NCBI GenBank assembly: GCA_051362555.1
Contig: CM120643.1
Coordinates: 4,340,001 to 4,404,000 of the forward strand
Reading direction: 5' to 3'
From: Lingula anatina
Lineage: Eukaryota > Animalia > Brachiopoda
Length of the DNA: 64,000 nucleotides
Shown: in pieces, positions 1-13,100 of the stretch
How positions within the stretch are numbered: position 1 is the first letter of the stretch
Layout of the letters: every line of letters starts with the position of its first letter
Position numbers and translations under genes: made by a program
The notes under the pieces: model-generated
Seen by the model: the letters and a program-made list of their open reading frames with translations, nothing else
Told to the model about the DNA's origin: nothing
The model's database searches: none

Positions 1-63
1 GAGCGAGACATAATCTCCCTGTGATAGAAATGTTATAAAAGTTAATAAATTTATGCCTGTTTA

Positions 64-1275
64 TCACAGAAGGGGTAAAGTAATAAATTGGTTATTTAAT
101 GGTAATAAAATGAATTTTGATTTGATCTGCTCTGGACTGATGCTCACTAATCGACCACTCGGATTATTCACGGACCATATGTGTAGTCTACTAGATTCCA
201 CAGGATATATAAAAAAATTTTCTTTTGTCATAAATGGTTGACATATCAATCTCCGTTCTTGATTGAAAGTGATAATATTTTTTATGATGAAAGGTGTTTG
301 TCCAACATTTATGTTTTTTTTATCAGTTAAACAACCGGATAATGCTATATATTCCCTTTCTGCAAGACGGCGTATCACTTGTTGGAGTGGCACTTTTGGT
401 TTTCGAACAAGTCTCTTAATAGTCTGAAGATAGTTTTCAAATGGGAAACTTGAAAAATTGTGTAAAATTCCATACATTTAAGCATGTGAAGCCAAATGTG
501 TGAGTGAATGAACGTTATAAATTATCTGTTCTGCACCATATGCCTCACTCATGTGCTCCACGAAAAGGGAGAGTATTTGACCAGCAAAATTACAGTAATC
601 TCCACACATTGTCTAACTACACAAAATGGTGATTGCTACAAAAAGCATAATAAAATGTTTATACAATGCATTTGGCAGTTTTCCTCTTAGAACAACAGGA
701 CCAGTATACATAAGAAAGGTTCGGAACTCCGTAGCCTTCCATCTTTCAATTTCTGATAAAGCCCGTCCTTTACGTAGAAATTCTCTGGGAAGAAAGTCTC
801 TCATATTGTTTATACCATCTGAGATACACCTAATCATGTTACCCCCCAGTCTCACATGTAGTGGTCCATTCATCCACAGTGTCAACAACTTCTTCATAAC
901 CCCTAAACATACCAGGTGCATGTAATCTAGTGGAAATTGGCTGATCATGCCAATCCTCAAGGAAAGTAAATTTGACTCACCACGTTGGTGTTCATCATAC
1001 ATCATCTCATTAAATGCAACATCAGTTGGAGGTTGTGCATAAGTTTGTGGACAAGTCATATGGTGATTAACCCACTCACCACTTTGAACACAGTTGTCGC
1101 AACCATAATACCCAGTGTGACCTTTCAATTGTACGTTTCACAAAGCTTTCGCGCAGCTGTATCACAAACAAAATTTGATATCCTAACAGTGAAATTTTTG
1201 TCATCATAAATTAAACCAACTTGTTCTAAGTGTCTCATTTCTTCCACAAATTTATTCAGAAACTGATTAGCATCA
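64..1275 (-). pseudogene. Frameshifted CACTA/EnSpm (CMC superfamily) transposase remnant
   Basis: Across frames it reads FVCDTAAR, KGHTGYYGCDNC, PLDYMHLVCLGVMKKLL, RWKATEFRTFLMYTGP, YNVHSLTHL and SSFPFENYLQTIKRLVRKP..PLQQVIRRLAE. These motifs are typical of animal EnSpm-like transposases. The frame is broken by stops and frameshifts; ORFs 613-1128 and 64-477 are pieces of it. Confidence 0.85.
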
Positions 1276-1294
1276 TAGTAGAGGGGCCATGAAG

Positions 1295-1794
1295 ATAACC
1301 ATCAAACACCACTACAGCTTTAATTATTACTAGGACATATGTGACATACTGGTGTACAAATAACCATCAAACACCACTACATCTTTATTACTAGGACATA
1401 TGTGACATACTGGTGTGCTAATAACCATCAAACACCACTACATCTTTATTACTAGGACATATGTGACATACTGGTGTACTAATAACCATCAAACACCACT
1501 ACAGTTTTATTACTAGGACATATGTGACATACTGGTGTGCAAATAACCATCAAACACCACTACATCTTTATTACTAGGACATATGTGACATACTGGTGTA
1601 CAAATAACCATCAAACACCACTACATCTTTATTACTAGGACATATGTGACATACTGGTGTACAAATAACCATCAAACACCACTACATCTTTATTACTAGG
1701 ACATATGTGACATACTGGTGTACAAATAACCATCAAACACCACTACATCTTTATTACTAGGACATATGTGACATACTGGTGTGCAAATAACCAT
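1295..1794. repeat. 61-bp minisatellite, 8 copies plus a partial copy
   Basis: ATAACCATCAAACACCACTACATCTTTATTACTAGGACATATGTGACATACTGGTGTACA.. starts at 1295, 1360, 1421, 1482, 1543, 1604, 1665, 1726 and 1787. Confidence 0.97.
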
Positions 1795-2304
1795 ATTTCA
1801 GCTGATTGAAAGTCAACTGCAGCTGGTTTGTCTTTGCGGCTTTGGTAAACAAATGCTAGCAGATAATTACGAGACCTGTATGCTGGGGACTTATAAGAAT
1901 TCCTTTTAGAACATTGCATTAAAATATGAGATGAGAGTTGATACATTGTTTCTTATGTGTCTGAAAGAAAAAAATCAGTTTGTGAAGTCATCCATTGCCC
2001 CCCCCCCCTCCTTTTTTTATTAAAAACTTTTCCCTATAATGCAGACATGTTGCATATATTATATTACGTATCACCCCACCTCTATTTGGGGAAAATATTT
2101 GTTCCTGACATAATGTCCTGAAATCTTTTGTTTGAAATGATTTGTCTCAATGCTGTCTAGGTTTGTGTACCAGGCTCCAACCATTTCTTTTTCCTTCCTG
2201 ACATCAGGAGATAGGGTCCATGTTCCTGTAGCCATCCACAGACATCCACTGGTATTCATTCTGAACATGGTGCATGCCCCCCCCCCCCCCCTTGCATTCA
2301 GCAA

Positions 2305-2335
<31 letters not shown>

Positions 2336-3347
2336 ACTTTGACTGAGTAAAAATTTTAAAATACACAATTTATTTATTTATTGTATTTTTGCATGTAACT
2401 GTCTTACCATAGATACCAAACCATGTTTTTGTTTTACATCAAATTTGCAGAGTGGCTTTGTTTAGTAAAAGGGCCGTTTTAATTAAAAAATAAGCAGGAT
2501 TTGATTATTTTTACAAATACATATGTACAGTTTTATAAATATTGAAAGGAGCTATTATATAACTAATGGTAAAACTGGTGAAGTTGTAAACCTATAGGCC
2601 TTGGCCCATATTTGTATATATTTGGTGCTGTCACAGAAAAAATCTATTAAACTATTTTGTTGCTACATGTCTTATGTTTTGTGTCTGTATATTTTGGCGG
2701 CTTTGCTGCCTTTTCTTATGTTAGTGCTCATCTTATGGTTTTACACAAAGATAATTAGGTATAGAAGATGTCTGCAGCAATTCTGTATAAGTAATATGCA
2801 GATAATCATGTCATTATTATTTCTTTTAAATAAAGAATTCAACAACTTTTTGCAGTAACTGTTAGTATACTGAAGCTTTTATACTAGTATGTATACTACT
2901 GTTGTGATCTAGGCGTAGTCTTTATAAAAGATGAGTACTTATTATTACTTTGTAATTTTTTGTTAAATTTTTAAAAATTAAATTGAATCAAAAGACAAGG
3001 TATCTTTTTATCTTAAATGTTCAAAGTTATTTATTGAGTTAGCTTGCCTAAAGTAGTGCTAATAAACCAATAATGGATAAAGCAAGTCAGAATGATGACT
3101 GAATCATCACATTGTTAATGCCTGTTATAAGTAATGGTACCTAGTAAATTCACACCTGGAATTTATTCATAACTTTCAATTTTAATGCACTTCTTGAAAA
3201 TGTATATGACCTTTGTTTTTCTGAGAATTATCATTTCAACATTATAAATGTACCAACCAACTTTTAATTATAAATAAATATTAAATATTATTATTTGTTG
3301 TTGTTGTTTTATTTATATGACTGTGTAAGAATATCTAGGTCTAAGAA

Positions 3348-3590
3348 CTCAGTCCCAATAAAAATAAGAGTGCATTCAGTGCTTTATCTGTCTAGGTAGA
3401 TCAATTCAGGGGGACTCTTGCTGAATGTAATCAGATTAAGAGATTAGCATACCACCCCCTAGCTTTGAGTAGAAAATGGAAAACAAGCATGTTATAAACA
3501 AAAGGAGGCGAGCCAATCCAATTGCATTCAGCAAGAGTCCCTGTGGAGTTGGATCGATTTACATAGACCAATAGTGTCATTGGGAATGAG
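3348..3590. mobile_element. Fold-back MITE-like element (possible relatives at ~23150-23372 and ~48398-48615)
   Basis: Ends CTCAGTCCCAAT / ATTGGGAATGAG and internal arms GGGACTCTTGCTGAATGTAAT / ATTGCATTCAGCAAGAGTCCC are inverted repeats. Non-coding. Confidence 0.6.
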
Positions 3591-3854
3591 TCCTAAATTG
3601 AGGCACAAGTAGATATGTCAGTGGCAATACTAAGATGAATAAAAATAAAACGATAAAAAGAAAGTGTAGTGATAGTTTCTAATATGATTCTTTTACTTCC
3701 AAAAGTATTTTATGCGGTTCAAAGTGATAACATTGGTAATATTAAAGAATCGGGGACCACTGAAAGACAAAGTATTTTGCAAACTTTTTGAGAGGTAAAA
3801 AACTAGGCCATGTCTCCCATTTCTCCCTGCAGAATCTTACAGATATCAAGTCAG

Positions 3855-5445
3855 CGACGTTGTATATGTGCGCACGCATGTTATTACGTTGCTCATTCTT
3901 CTTTGTTGCGTTAAAATGATACATACGTTACCATAAAGCGTGTAGATATTTTTTATTCTATTTTCATTGGTTGTCTCTCCTTTTGTGCGCCAACACTATA
4001 TTTATGAAACACAAATAAAAGACATAAGTGTTGGCCCACAAAGCGAAAGAAAACCAATGAAAATAGAATAAATATTTACACGCTTCAAGGTAACGTATGT
4101 ATCATTTTAGCGTAACAAAGAAGAATAAGCGACGTAAAAACAAGCGTGCGTACATATACAACGTCGCACACAACCACAGAGTCGCGACAACAGAGAACAA
4201 ACAATGAAATCAGAAAACAATACCTTCACGTTATTTTGTAACGTATATGTATCATATTTACGTAACAAATAAGAATGAAGGCCGTAAAACGTAGTGCGCA
4301 CATATACAAAGTCACACCCACTCACAAAGTAAGTCGTGACATTTGGTCACGTACATATATATCGGTAACGTATGAATCAAATGTACAATTTTCACAGATA
4401 GTTGAAGGCAAGAAATCTTATTTGTCTCATTTTCTTTCATTTTGATGTAGCATTAAGACGTAAGTGCTGTCCCACAAAACGAAAGAAAACCAATGAAAAT
4501 AGAATAAATAAATATTTACACGCTTCATGGTAACGTACGTATCGGTAGCCTATGTATCATATTGACATAACAAACAGAATGAACGACGTACAAACGTGCG
4601 CACATATACATGTACAAAGTCGCACACACTAACAAAGCCGTGACAACAGAAAACAATCAATGGAATCAGAAAACAACACCTTCATATTATTTGGCCATGT
4701 ATATATCGGTAACGTATGTATCATATGAACAATTTTCACAGATAGTTGAAGGCAAGAAATCTTATTTGTCTCGTTTTCTTTCATTTTTATGTAACATTGA
4801 GACATAAGTGTTGGCGCACAAAACGAAAGACAACCAATGAAAATAGACACCATGTGGCGTGTAAATACTTTTATTTTTTATTGTTTGTTGTCCGTTTTGT
4901 GAGCAAACGCCTTATTCTTACGGTATACAACATAACAATAAGAAGGAAAAGCAGGGCAAGTAAAGATTACTTGTCTTGAAACCGTTTGTTGAAATTGTTT
5001 ATATGATACATACGTCACCGATACATACGTTACCAAATAATGTGAAGGTATTGTTTTCTAATTTCATTGCTGTTTGTTCTCTGTTGTCGCGCACTCGAAA
5101 CTACTCGGATGTCTCCGCACTCGACAATATGGAGCTTGCGGAATTGGCCGAGGATTGCCGATTGGTTGTCGCGAGTCTGTGGTTGCGTGCGACGTTGTAT
5201 ATGTGCGCACGCATGTTATAACATTAGTGTTGGCCCACAAATCGAAAGAAAACTAATGAAAATAGAATAAATATTTACACGCTTCATGGTAACGTATATA
5301 TCGGTAACGTATGTATCATTTTAACGTAACAAAGAAGAATAAGCGACGTAAAAACAAGCGTGCGCACATATACAACGTCGCATGCAATCACAGAGTCGCG
5401 ACAACAGAGAACAAACAATGAAATCAGAAAACAATACCTTCACGA
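3855..5445. repeat. Nested inverted and direct repeat cluster (~140-bp-arm hairpin plus further copies)
   Basis: 3855-3997 is the reverse complement of ~4027-4167. Further direct and inverted copies of the same ~200-bp unit run to 5445. Confidence 0.85.
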
Positions 5446-6863
5446 ATGATCCATAACTCAGTAAACTGATTCTTATGCGATTTATTTTTTTTCTAAGAAG
5501 CATATTTGGGTTCATATGTACTGCTGCATAAAAATAAAAATGTCAGATATACATGTACAAATCTTAGTCGCCACAACTCTAGTGTTAAATATTTACAGTG
5601 CTTGAGCAATAGGCGACAGCATGTTTTAATTGGGATGCTTTAATAATAAAAACCTCATTTATTTGGGATGAAGGTCTATAGATGGACAAAACAAAATGGT
5701 TTGTTTGTGCAATAACCTGATGATAACGTTTAGATTGCGTTAAGCCGCATCGTGTCTTCTCTAACACAATCCCACAGTCAGTGCTATTATTATGTAAATC
5801 AGGTGAGCATTTTGGTGAGAGGTATTCAGATAGGACCAAGGTCAGTAGGAAGAGGAAGAAGTTTCATATGCCACATTGCCACACTTTCCACACGTAGACT
5901 GAAATTTTGGCACTGAGAACTGATGTAGTTTGTTGTAAGTACTGTATAGATGATATAAGGCAACACTGATCGGTTTATGTTGACGATATTTTATCCAAAA
6001 GTATGCATTTCCCACTTCAGACGTAATAGCTCTTGGATATATTTCATTGACATGAATGCTGAAATGAGCTTGGAAAGTTTAATATTTTATTTTATATTGC
6101 TTTTTCCAGAAGGAAAGTATTTACTCAAAAAGAAGTGGGAAGATTATTCCAGCCGTCCAAAGGTCTGAACGCGTTATTCCGTCTTAAACAAAGCAATACG
6201 ACAAAGCAGGTGATTACCGGTACATTCTCAGCTCCCAATGGGTGCCTTTTTTATTTTTTGACATCGAGCTGTACAAATATATCCTGTTTACTAAAGTTAA
6301 CTGACAATAAACAAATTATTTTATAGAGAACTAGCCGCGACCAGGAAAGCAAACGTATATTTGCACTGTCGACCTCCCTTGACTTCAATTTTTTCCTGAT
6401 TTCAGTTTCGATTACATACCGTTCTTGATATTATAATCTGAAATAAAATGTTTGCATAAAGTATTTGATTTTAAAAAGTTGAGCTAAATTTATTTATGTA
6501 TGGATGCATTGGAATAAAGTAATTGGTAGAATCATTCTGAAGAGGTTTTAATAAGCACATGTAGCAATAAAATCCTGAATTTATATCAATACCCACAAAA
6601 TACGCAAAATAGTGTTTAACTAAGAAAGTCAAAAACCAAACAAGATCATTGTTATTATTATTATGTATATCACTTTGTCAAATCCTAAGACATTGTTATA
6701 AATTTCGTTTACTCCATTTAATTTTTCATCTAATTTCAGTGCCTCGTAACAACCGTCTACGATGAGATTGGACGCACTCCCAGAAAAGACAGATTCGTGT
6801 TCGCCAGCGCCCGCACCCATGTCAACGTTGTCTTGTGTGTCATTGTTTGTCGTATAGTCAACT

Positions 6864-7030
6864 TGCAGGGTTGACATTTGATTCGGTTTGAAATGTTTGA
6901 AACCCTAATGTCTGCTTTGATTAGTAATATTCTGCATCAAAACGCGTATCAAATGAAGTGCAGCGTGTAGCGAGTGTTTAATTAATGAAACTTCTAATAA
7001 AATGGACTAAATCCAAGCGTCAACCCTGCA
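6864..7030. mobile_element. Short MITE-like element
   Basis: Perfect 12-bp terminal inverted repeat TGCAGGGTTGAC (6864-6875) / GTCAACCCTGCA (7019-7030). Also present in copy 2 (~54241-54397). No TSD seen. Confidence 0.5.
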
Positions 7031-9376
7031 CGTCGCTGGTTTATTATTATACATGTGTAAATAAGTTGTAATACAGCACTCTATCCGCACACGATGTTTT
7101 TATCACAATTTAAATTTTTTGTTCATACCCACCAGTTCTCGAACCTGAAACGATACTTTTTAAGTTATCCTAAAACAAAAAAGTGCCTTGCTTAAGTGAT
7201 CCATGAATATAAAATTAATTGTTGTAAAATTATCATTAAGTGATGTGCAGGTAGAGCGCTGTAGTGGTGCGACCGGTTTAATGTTTGATTGTAAGATTTT
7301 GTGTGGGCAAATATGTAATAAGACGCTTTGTTATGCACTCGAAAATACATTTTTATTCATATTAAATTGGATATGGATACAAATATTGATTTTAATGAAG
7401 TTAACTTTAAAAAAAATAAGTAGACTCGTGCGTAAAATGTATACAGGAATCTTCTCTTGGAAGGATATTTTACAAGAATCTTTTATTGGAAGAAATGACC
7501 GAGATATAAAAGTATAATAAGCTGTTAACACTGTAATCCAAATTATGACACTTAAGAATTATCGGAAGTATGAAATTGTAAAATGTGCTCAAGTTATTAC
7601 AGAATTGCCTACACGTATTAAAACAGGCCTTTCTAAAATTATGGATATGACGCATGGTAAGAATAAACTTCCTTGGGTTCCCGGTGTTTTGATATACTAG
7701 TAGTATGTCTGATCTGTGATAGACCTATAGTTTTATTGCTGGGAGGGGGTAGAAATGTTTTTGTTTTCAGAAAATCAAACCAGGGGTTGGGTCGTTTTTT
7801 TTTCGAAATTTATATGTTTTTGTTATTTAAGAAGGAAAATTGGCTTTTTGCCTTCGTTACAAAGCGGAATTGTTAAGAGAAACAAAGTGTTTTATTTTGG
7901 CATCCTTTGACAATTAAAGTGTACATGCAGGACTGGCATTTATCGCATCCTTTTACAACTTGAAAAATCCTTTTCATATTCTTATCGTTAACCACAGTTG
8001 TCGCAAAGCTTTTTTTGGGGGGGGGAGGGGGTATCGGTATTTCCTAGTAATTGGACGAACTTTTGTAGACTGTCAACTTTTGCCAATCCTCTAAAAACAA
8101 AGTAAAATCTTTATTGAATTAACATAAAATCTGCATACGTATCTGTTTTTATATTTGGTACATGGTGTATGATTTGGCCAGTTTACTGATTTATTGTTTA
8201 AAACCCTTTGTTTTGTGGAATTTGTCTAATCAAATGTGAAAAATCAAAATTTCATCAGAAAGAAGACACTTTGATTGGTAAGGCTAAAAGTTTAATAAAA
8301 AAAAAAGAAGTTCAGTGTTTTATTTAATGCTGATCTTGTACTTGGTACTTTCTTTATTCTATATTTCGGTCGGGATCAAGGAGTGATTGAGAACAAAAGG
8401 CCTGATTAGGTGTCAGTCCTGCACGTGCTGTTGGGTTATTTTTGCTGAGTGTTTCTGAATCACTGAGCACAAGTGACCGTAGAGTTATTTCAAGTAAACT
8501 TGTTTTTGCACAACCTTTTTAATTTTGTTTACATACTGTTCTCAAAGTGACTATTGACTGGGATAAGGTTGTAAACTGACCATGTCTTCATGCTGTTCTT
8601 GATTCGCACGCCGCATAAATTTAAGTGTTCACTCAAAAATGTGCCACCAAAATCCTATTTTAAGATTTAAAGAGAAGAAAAATGACGCAAAATATAAGGT
8701 ACATATCCTTTTATCTATAAGGAAAGCACTCATCAAATTTGCAGAATTGAATAATGTTTGACTGCTGTTTGGTGTTGTGCGCGATCATCAGCATGGCGAC
8801 ATAGAGTAAGTTGTGGTGTCATGAGTGTGTACCCGCGTGTGGGGAGAACGCTTACATGAGATCGTATGCATTTTGAATTTTCTATACTGTTGCCACCCTT
8901 GAATTTGGATAAAAAATGTCCCTAGAGAAATTTTGGATCAGTCACAAGAAAAATACATGAAATTCAACTTTGAACGATGGCTGTAAAATACATCGTCAAA
9001 TCTTCAACTTTCTCTGATAACTCTGGGTAAAAACCTGAGAATTTCATGTTCTGGTCAGTATTATGTCGTCTTGTATGCAGTGTTCTTGAGCACTTTTTTA
9101 AAACCAAAATGATTGATCTTGAGCGACAATTTTCAAAATGCATAGAATCTCCCACACATTTAGTTGTAGATAGTTGTTTTTAAGATTAATTTATATCTCA
9201 AATTGCGCAGTCGTTATGAAAATTACTTTTTATGTAGAGCCAAAACGTAATGTTCGGATTTTGTATACATCTGTATGGTGTAGTTGTTTGTATTTGTTAT
9301 AATAAACGTACATAAAAGTTGTAATAGATGATGTGCAAAATGTCACATGTTTATTCTTGACTTTCTTCTCTTCAGC

Positions 9377-9755
9377 TCGACTTGAACCTTAGGTTTTCAA
9401 CTCCTAGCTCACCCTTTTCTACTTCTTAGTCTGTCGCCTTACCTACTGAGCCACTGTCTCAGTTCGCGTTTTTCCTCATTCGTTTGATCCTCTTATAGTA
9501 GTTTGAATTGTTTATTTGGGTTTATTTTTGCAAAAGGTAATTTGCTGGGACCTAGAAGCGCCAGGAATCGAACTGGGGACCTTCTGTCTCAGAGGCAAGC
9601 GCGTTACCTACTCCTCTAAGTGTTCCCACCCACCCTCCCCGTGTAGACTTTCTTCTTATAGTAACCAAAGAAAAATTCTAATAGCACCCCTTTGTAATTC
9701 CAAAGTGCCCGAGCCAGGAATCGAACCCCAACCCCAGGCTTTCACTGAGCCATGT
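9377..9755 (-). other. Three tandem degenerate tRNA-like (Pol III A/B-box) modules
   Basis: Minus strand: TGGCTCAGTAGGTAAGGCG...GGTTCAAGTCG (9377-9456); TAGAGGAGTAGGTAACGCG...AGTTCGATTCCTGG (9558-9620); TGGCTCAGTG...GGTTCGATTCCTGG (9705-9755). None folds as an intact cloverleaf by eye. Confidence 0.55.
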
Positions 9756-10093
9756 AGCCATCAGGAAAAACACTAAGACATTTTGTATGTTCAATAAGTG
9801 TTTTATTAAGAGCAATACAAATTGCTTTTATGTATTCAAATATTTATAAAACATATATCTGTAAAATATCATCGTCTTCAGTCTTTTTATTACTACAAGT
9901 TAAAAAGCGTTCTAGTATTTAAAAGAATATTATGATATTATAGTATAATATTATGATGTCTGCATTTAAATTCACTTGCAGGTGTAAAAAATATAACATT
10001 CTTATATATTCGACTTGACAAATAAACTATTTACCACACTAATGGTCTTATGTTTGTTCTTAATGACAAAAACAAAATATTTCAACTTCTTCA

Positions 10094-10137
<44 letters not shown>

Positions 10138-13100
10138 AATGGTGGATCTAGTCTCCGCCCTCCCCGAGGAGAGAGACCCATTCTGGACTCACATGATCAA
10201 GTTCTCAAAATATTCCATCTCGCTCCAAATGTCAACATCTGACCCCTTTAAAATGTCCTGGATCCGCCATTGTTTTTTTTTTTTTTTTTTCTATATAATA
10301 ATGACAATTATGAGATTTTTATTAAATGATCTGTTTAAAATTGCACGCTTTTTTCAGTCAAACACTTATTGTTGGGAGCAAAAAACGGATACGCACTTTC
10401 GTTACGTTTGGCAAAAAAAGTGTCAAAAGTCCTACATAAAAAAATATATATATATAAACAACGTTTATACTAACAGCTATTGACAAACTGGAAAGACTAA
10501 TGAACATCAGATAGTAAAATGAATATGAAATAAAAAAAATTCCTTGCAAAAACTACTTAGAGAACAAACTACATGTTCACTTATGAAATTTGGGCTAAAA
10601 TCCAATGGGCAGATCACGATATTTCTCATATTTCCTATAGTCTACTACATCCATTTTCAATTAGAAAACAAACTACATTTACATGAAATCAGGCTTAAAA
10701 TCCAAGGGACAGATAACGATTTTTCTCATATTTCCTACATCTATTTTCAATTCGAAAAAAACCTTCTGAACATAATTTCGAATAAATTCGAATATACATC
10801 AATAATTTCTGTTTCATTTGGTCGATAGAATGATGCTGTTAAGACAGAATTGCCGAAAACAGTTAAATTTGGAAAATAAAGCAATTTTCATTCCCATAAA
10901 TGTATTTGTTCAACAGATTAATGGCAAAAACATATATTTCAGGATAAAACGTGTACATATTTTACATTGTAAGAACTACGTTCAGAGATAAGTAAAACAC
11001 GAAAAAAGTGTCTTTTCCATCATATGAATGGTATTTACATGTTCGAAATCAGCTTTTCAAGAAGGGATTTTTCTTAAATAGAAATGAAATTTCTTAATTC
11101 TACATACTTCACCTGAGACACAAAATAATCGATCTTGATTCGTAAAATGGCATCTCTTACTCAACAAGACAGCAAATACTCAAATTTCAAGAGACGATAA
11201 TCCTTTTTTCCCTTCTGAACATTGAATGAGCGTAAGTCGTCTCATTTTTTATTTCAGTACATTTGGAGAATAAGACTGAAGTTAACTCACGCCGCGGCCG
11301 GTAAAAAAAGAAATTAAGAATTCGACACCGGACTTGTAGAATTTATAAATGGATTTGATAATGTGTTCATTGGTGATTTAGGCGAAATTGTTGAATATTA
11401 CAGAAAAATACTTGGCTTTAAACCGACATAAAATTTGTATATTTTTGCGTACTTAATTCGCATCTAAACTAGAAAGTCACCCCCTGCTGTCTTGCTGAAG
11501 AATACCACATATAGTACCATTTCACAAATGTCACGTGTGACAAACTTAACACTACGATAGTATACAACATACTTCAATACAATAAAGCAAGTTTTTAACT
11601 GATGACCATGTTTTCTGATATATCATTACGTTTTAAATATGTTACATATAATTAGCAAATCACCTCAAATTCCTGATGCTATATTGATATAAAAAAACGT
11701 AAAAGATTCCTGTGGACAAAGCCTTTTCAAACTCGTTCAGAACAGCATTTCGGGTCATCAGTTCGCCCCCTATGCATTGAATGGTTGATCTTATAACATG
11801 TCACGCAGAAATCAATACAACTACAATTTAGCTCACACATTTTATTGAAATGAAATGTTAAATCTTAATTTACGAATCTTGCCAATATTCGAAATGGAAG
11901 TGTATTACTATATCCCCTTAATACTTGAATTATGTTCTTTACTTAGGAAATGGATGTTTGTTACTATACCTATGACATATTCTATAATTCCACTACCAAC
12001 CGCTCACTAAATATCAACATGTCAATTGCCAGACTCTCACAAGACATTTCACAGCATTTTCCCCTCCTTGGTCATTTCTCACAGTAAACTTCCACTGCCA
12101 CTACTATTTCTACCGACAAAGTTCAAAATACTAAACATGAAGTGCAACTGCATCTTTGTTTTATGAGACTTGATGAGATGAAGTGAAGGAGGAAATAAAT
12201 TGTACGTGGGGAAAATGTTGGGAAATGTTCAAGACCACTTTAAAGCGACCTGGTGTCAAAACAATTTTCAAAAATAAATCACAATTAACTTATCACCAAA
12301 TACCTAACATTGATTTCTTAAAACGTTATATTAATATGGCTGAAATTACGATATTCGTATACTTAATATCTAAGCCGCCTTCGCTCCACTTCCTGATCAC
12401 TCAGCACTGAGGCAGTGACGTCTCCTTCCAGGCTGTCCATCCCATTACATTCATGGTAGGGGAGGTGGCAGGCTGAAGTGGCCGCCTTTTCTTTTCAACT
12501 CTCACCAATATTTTACGGATGGAACTTCATTTGTACTTTACAACATTAAAAATGCATTGCACGACGTTTGTGTTCAGTATATTTTAAAAAATGCCAGACG
12601 AAAATTAACTTCAGATCCTTATCAACCCCAAATTGAAACGACATTATGTGGGTCACTGGCTTTCTTGATATGACTCAATAAGGTCCACTGATTTGAATAT
12701 CTGAGCAGTTTTTGCTATGTTTGACCAAACAGACCTTACGAAAGAGACTGCAGTGTTTTGATTCTGATGCTGTCTCAACCATGATTGTGACGGATTCCAC
12801 AAAATATCACCTCATTGTGTTAGTGAAGACATAACGCGAGGCGGGGAGGGGGGATAAAAAGTTCATAAAGAAATTACCTAGTAAGCTATTGAAAATGACA
12901 ATATGACATTTTAGTTTAAATTAGATGTCGACGAACAATTCAATAGAGAAAGTTGGATTAAAAGGAAATATGTTGAAAAAAAAACGGCACAAAAATGATG
13001 GGGGGAGGGTATGGATGATGGTAGCCTATAAAAGGTTTAGGAAATTGAGTTTTGAGTGCGTTCGGGTGTTAACCAGTGTCCTTTAACTTGAACACACCAG

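Noticed and set aside
1295-1794. CRISPR-like regular repeat
   Set aside because: Units are contiguous with no unique spacers, there are no cas genes, and the context is eukaryotic. The same applies to the 145-, 194- and 52-bp arrays.
2071-2350. Poly-Gly/Pro ORFs (also poly-Lys at 10015 and poly-Gly at 16098)
   Set aside because: Produced by homopolymer runs.
6629-6877. 82-aa ORF with faint resemblance to a Harbinger transposase motif (VDMGAG..ESVF)
   Set aside because: Match too short, start lies in a MITE end, and the copy-2 frame stops earlier.
9377-9755. Functional tRNA genes
   Set aside because: Acceptor and anticodon stems are not intact; recorded only as tRNA-like modules.
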